From assembly GCF_004010195.1 (NCBI RefSeq), contig NC_057719.1, positions 59,506,446 to 59,532,546 on the forward strand: DNA of 26,101 nt, given 5' to 3'. This DNA comes from Chiloscyllium plagiosum. Taxonomy: Eukaryota. Shown here one piece after another: positions 21,933 to 26,101 of this stretch. The number at the start of each line of letters is the position of its first letter. Positions within the stretch are counted from its first letter, which is position 1. The position numbers and the translations under genes were made by a program. Under the pieces are notes generated by a model. That model searched no databases and was not told the origin of the DNA. It worked only from the letters and a program-made list of their open reading frames with translations.

Positions 21933-23581
21933 TTGTTCTGTAGTTCCAAATTGGGATTAGGGTTTTTGGACTCAAGGCAGCGAGTGGTAGGTATTAGTGT
22001 CTTTTGTTCCAGGTGTTGAAGTTGGTTGGTGTAAACAGTGTTTGGGATAGCAATAGCTCTTTCAGTCACCAAGAGTTTTCTGGGGGTGGAAGAAGTGAAA
22101 TTGGGGGCTTTACAAAAGGAGTTTAAGGTCAAGCTGCTGGAATGAGCAGACAAGTTGGGGATGGTGCCTTCTTCTGTGAGGAAAAGAGAGATGATTATAG
22201 GAACAGCTCAGCATTTAAATTTGTTGGAAATGCTATCAGAATCTTTAGAGATGGCTCAAACTCAATTGAGAATGAAGCAGCTTGAGTTACAGGCAAAAGA
22301 CAAAGAATTACATTTAAAAACAGTGCAAAGAGAAAAAGAGAGAGGAAGAGAGAGAACGATAGAGAGAGGAAAGGAAGAAAGAGAGGGAGTGTGAGCTTCA
22401 GAAATTGGCACTTAGACAGGAGTTCAAAAATTCACTCTCTGAAATAGTAGAATTCATGTGGAAGAGCAGAGAGTTAAAACGGCAAGATTAGCAGCTGAAA
22501 TGGCTGATGATTATGAGTTGCTCCATAAATCAAAGTTTGGCCTCTAAAATCAGTTTCAATCCATGAGAGATAGAAATTGGGGAAAAGAGAAATCCTCACA
22601 TGCAAAGGGAAAGGTAGATCTCAGTGAAGATCATAAGGGTAACTTACCACAGGATAAAAAGGAAAACCTTGAAGGGGAAAGAGCAGTTAAAACGCTCCAG
22701 TGTTTTCACTGCAATAAAGTAGGCCACAAGAAATCACAGTGTCAGTGGGTTAGGAAAAGCATTGGAAACCAGATGTAGGAAAAACAGGATAAGCCAGTGA
22801 ATCTTGTTGGAGTGGTAATGGAAAGCACAAGTAGAGGTTAGAAAGCTGCACCAGAATGTACAATCTGGTCGAAGGTTGGTTAAGGAGGAAGTGCCAGATC
22901 TTCTTAACCGTATACCTGTGAAGGTAAAGTTTACTCACATAGGCCAGGAGCAGCAGGTAAAGAGGTTACAATATTAAGAGATACAAGAACCTCTCAATCT
23001 GCTATGTTGAAAGATGAGGAGATATGTACTTCTGAAGGGCTGTTGCCAGAAAAAGTGCTAGTAACGGGCATTCACGGTGAGACAAGAAGCACTCAGTTAT
23101 GTAAAGTGAAGTTATAGTGTCCAGTGAAGAGTGGAGAAATCGTGGTAGAAGGACTGGACAAACTCTCAGCTCCAATTTGTCCTTGCTAATGATATAGTTG
23201 ATTCACAGGTAGGAGTGCTGCCTACAGTGGTTGAAAAGCCAGTGGAAACTCAGGTAACTGAACCATTGGAGGTCACCCATCCTGGGCTTTTCCCGGACTG
23301 TGAGGTAATGAGGTCACAAAGTCACCAGTTGAAACAGGAGAGATCAAAGAGTATGGATAAGAAAGTTGAAGAGACCCTGTTTGATCAAATGGTTGAGACA
23401 CGTGAGGAGCAGATAGATAGGACTCAGATAAATTAACTGAGTTACAGCAGAAAGGTGAATGTTTAAAGCAATTATATTGAAAGGCATACATGGGAAAAGA
23501 ATCTGAATGTATCCCTGAATGTTATGTTAAAATGATGCCTTCATGAGGAAATGGAGGCTGATGACAAATGGGTAGAAGTTC

Positions 23582-23808
23582 TGGTCGTTGAACAAACAAA
23601 CAACCAGAACTGGCAAATGGAAGCAGCAGAAACATAACTAAATAAATTCCTAAACTCACAGTACAGCAATGTTTCACAGGAGGTTCCAAAGTACTGACAA
23701 TGTCACCTAGACAGAGGACAAAATGTCTGCAACACAACTTCCCAGCTCAGCGAACATACCCACAACCACGGCAACCGGGACCCGAGCTATAAATCTTTAC
23801 ACAAACCT
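23582..23808 (+). mobile_element. Penelope-like terminal fragment inserted into Gypsy pol
   Basis: 13-bp target-site duplication TGGGTAGAAGTTC (23569-23581) / TGGGCAGAAGTTC (23809-23821); removal restores DDKWAEVHQVIL. Short 5' inversion (23577-23611) and a decayed hammerhead-like motif at 23691-23730. Confidence 0.7.
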
Positions 23809-24757
23809 TGGGCAGAAGTTCATCAAGTCATATTGCGAGTGGGTTATAGAAATGAGGTGTTGCGAGTGTGCATGAGCCACCTCTAGGGTACATTTAGAAT
23901 TGAGAAAAGCTCAAGCTAAAATAAAAAAAAAACATTTTTACTGGACTGCACAAGGAAGTAGTTTCGTTTTGCTCGACATATCATACATATCAGGCCATTG
24001 GAAAGCCACAAGCAGTAATAAACCCTGCACCTTTAATACCTATTCCTGCATTTGAGGAATCTTTTAGAAGAGTCTGAATTGATTGCATAGGAGCCTACCT
24101 AAAACAAAAAGTGGCAATCAGTATTTGTTAACAATAATGGATGTGTCCACTAGATTTCCAGAGGCCATTCCATTACGTAATAGGCTAAAAGGATTGAAGA
24201 GGAATTACTCAAATGTTTTCACTAGATACAGACTACCCATTGAGATACAATCAGATCAAGGGTGAAATTTCACATCAAAAATATTCAAGGAAGTTATGGA
24301 GAGCTTAGGAATAAAATAATTCAAATCTACTGCGTACCATCCAGAGTTGCAGGGAATGCTAACTAAGAAAGGTGGCATCAGACATTAAAGACCATGTTGA
24401 GGGTTTATAGTCAAGACTAGCCAGATGATAAGGGAATTCAGTTTGCACTTTTCACGATCTGAGATGCGCCAAATGAATCAACCAAATTCAGTCCATTAAA
24501 TAAATATTTGGGCATGAAATGAGAGGACCGCTAAAATTGATTAAGGAGCAATTGGTCAGTCTGAATTCAGGGACCACATATTTGGACTATGTGAAATATT
24601 TTAGGGAACGATTCAATAGAGTTGGCTCTTCAGGATTTAAAAGTATCACAGCATTCAGTGAAACAGGAAGCAGACAAGAAATCAAAAACTCGTAATTTTG
24701 CTCTCGGAGATAAAGTGTTAGTGTCACTTCAAGTGATAGCTAAACCTTTAAAAGCAA

Positions 24758-24982
24758 TGATTTGGAGATGCCAGTGTTGGACTGGGGCATACAAAGTTAA
24801 AAATCACACAACATCAGGTTATAGTCCAACAGGTTTAAATGGAAGCACTAGCTTTCAGAGCACTGCTCCTTCATCAGGTGGTTCTGATGAAGGAGCACTT
24901 GATGAAGGAGCGGCGCTCTGAAAGCTAGTGCTTCCAATTAAACCTGTTGATTATAACCTGGTATTGTGTGATTTTTAACTTT
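24758..24982. mobile_element. Palindromic Penelope-like terminal-repeat element inserted into the Gypsy integrase C-terminus
   Basis: Inverted arms ~24793-24880 and ~24896-24982. Direct repeat CTTTAAAAGCAA at 24746-24757 and 24979-24990; removal restores KPLKARFRRSYQVERKLSEVNYLIRTPDRKK. Confidence 0.82.
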
Positions 24983-25660
24983 AAAAGCAAGGTTTCGTAG
25001 ATCTTATCAAGTTGAAAGGAAATTGAGTGAGGTGAACTATTTGATAAGGACGCCAGACAGAAAGAAAGAGTGTGTCATGTGATTTTGCTCAAAAGGTATT
25101 TTGGCCGGGAAGGAAAGCCAAATGAGACTGGTGTTATTGGTTACACTACAGAGAGAAGAGCCAAGTTCAGAGGATTCTGAACTGGACGTTCCTCAAATTA
25201 AATTGGACAATGAGGAAGTTGTCAAAAATTGGGATAAATTATTGAGTTACCTTCCAGAGGAAAATCAAATGACCTGAAAGAGTTATTACTATCACATGGG
25301 GAGATATGTAGAAATATGTTGGGAAGTACTAACCTAATTATGCATGATATAGATATAGGAGATGCTGTTCTCATTAAACAACATCCTTATAGACATCACC
25401 TCTGAAGTTGGCACAGGTTCAAAAGGAGATTGAACACATGTCCAAGATGACATAATCAAAATGAGATACAGTGACTGGAGTTCACCTATAGTAATGAGCC
25501 AAAACTAGACGGTACCCAATGGTTAAGTGTGGACTATCGCAAAGTCAATGCAGTTACAAAGATTAATGCATATCCAATTCCATGTTTGGAAGATAGTGTA
25601 AAAAAGGTGGGTCAAGCAACTTACATTTCTAAGTTGGACTTGCTCAGAAGATACAGGCAG

Positions 25661-26101
25661 GCATGTGGAGAAGGTAGCACTGACAGGGACTACTTGCGGA
25701 CACAGAGATGGGCTCAAGTGCGTATACTTCAACGCAAGGAGTATCAGAAATAAGGTGGGTGAACTTAAGGCGTGGATCGGTACCTGGGACTACGATGTTG
25801 TGGCCATCACGGAAACGTGGATAGATGAGGGACAGGAATGGCTGTTGGAGGTTCCTGGTTACAGGTGTTCCAGTAAGATTAGGGAGGATGGGAAAAAAGG
25901 AGGGGGGGTGGCATTGCTAATTAGAAATGCAGAAAGGAAGTTTGAGGGGGATCCGCCTCTGGAGGTAGTATGGGCTGAAGGCAGAAATAGGAAAGGTGCA
26001 GTCACCTTCTTGGGTGTTTACTATAGGCCCCCCAATAGCAGCAGAGATGTGGAGAAACAGATTGGGAAACAGATTTTGGAAAGGTGCAGAAGCCACAGAG
26101 T
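25661..26101 (+). mobile_element. Young CR1-clade LINE, ORF2 N-terminal APE endonuclease, open to the window edge
   Basis: Stop-free frame from 25662: ...GLKCVYFNARSIRNKVGELKAWIGTWDYDVVAITETWIDEGQEWLLEVPGYRCSSKIREDGKKGGGVALLIRN...GVYYRPPNSSRDVEKQI. Not in the ORF track because it runs off the window. Confidence 0.93.

Larger units (their letters stand above)
21634..25660 (+). mobile_element. Decayed Gmr1-type Gypsy LTR retrotransposon (partial 5' LTR, gag, PR, IN, start of RT)
   Basis: LTR end ...GGTCCATAACA (21910); gag from ~22053 with CFHCNKVGHKKSQC (22701-22742); protease ILRDTRTSQS (22971-23000); integrase LPKTKSGNQYLLTIMDVSTRFPEAIPL, IQSDQG, AYHPELQGM, ERWHQTLKTML and a GPY-like region (23520-25100); then RT IKQHPYR, SDWSSPIV, VDYRKVNAVTKINAYPIP, ISKLDLLRRYRQ (25330-25660). 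Confidence 0.92.

Noticed and set aside
15700..26101. A downstream neighbouring host gene
   Set aside because: No exon-like sequence with recognisable host-protein similarity was found; the region is explained by mobile elements.

Overview
Vertebrate genomic DNA; the SINE/LINE repertoire points to a cartilaginous fish, probably a shark (inference). The window holds the last four coding exons of BAZ1A/ACF1 on the + strand (4402-4892, 11362-11516, 12538-12625, 13131-13327; basic linker plus C-terminal bromodomain) with phase-compatible GT-AG introns and an AU-rich 3' UTR. The rest is mostly nested, decayed mobile DNA: a minus-strand L1-clade ORF2 (1-3400), several CR1-clade LINE fragments, HE1-like and other tRNA-derived SINEs, Penelope-like hairpin elements with hammerhead-ribozyme-like cores, and a Gmr1-type Gypsy LTR retrotransposon with the unusual gag(SCAN-like, CCHC)-PR-IN-RT order, cut by a young CR1 at the right edge. 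The most unexplained signal is a 127-aa stop-free ORF that appears only after removing two nested insertions (18640-19942). It ends directly at a polypurine tract and is followed by an LTR-like segment with a 9-copy 32-33 bp minisatellite. No prokaryotic system or CRISPR array is present. Repeat family names are recognised from memory, not from a database search.
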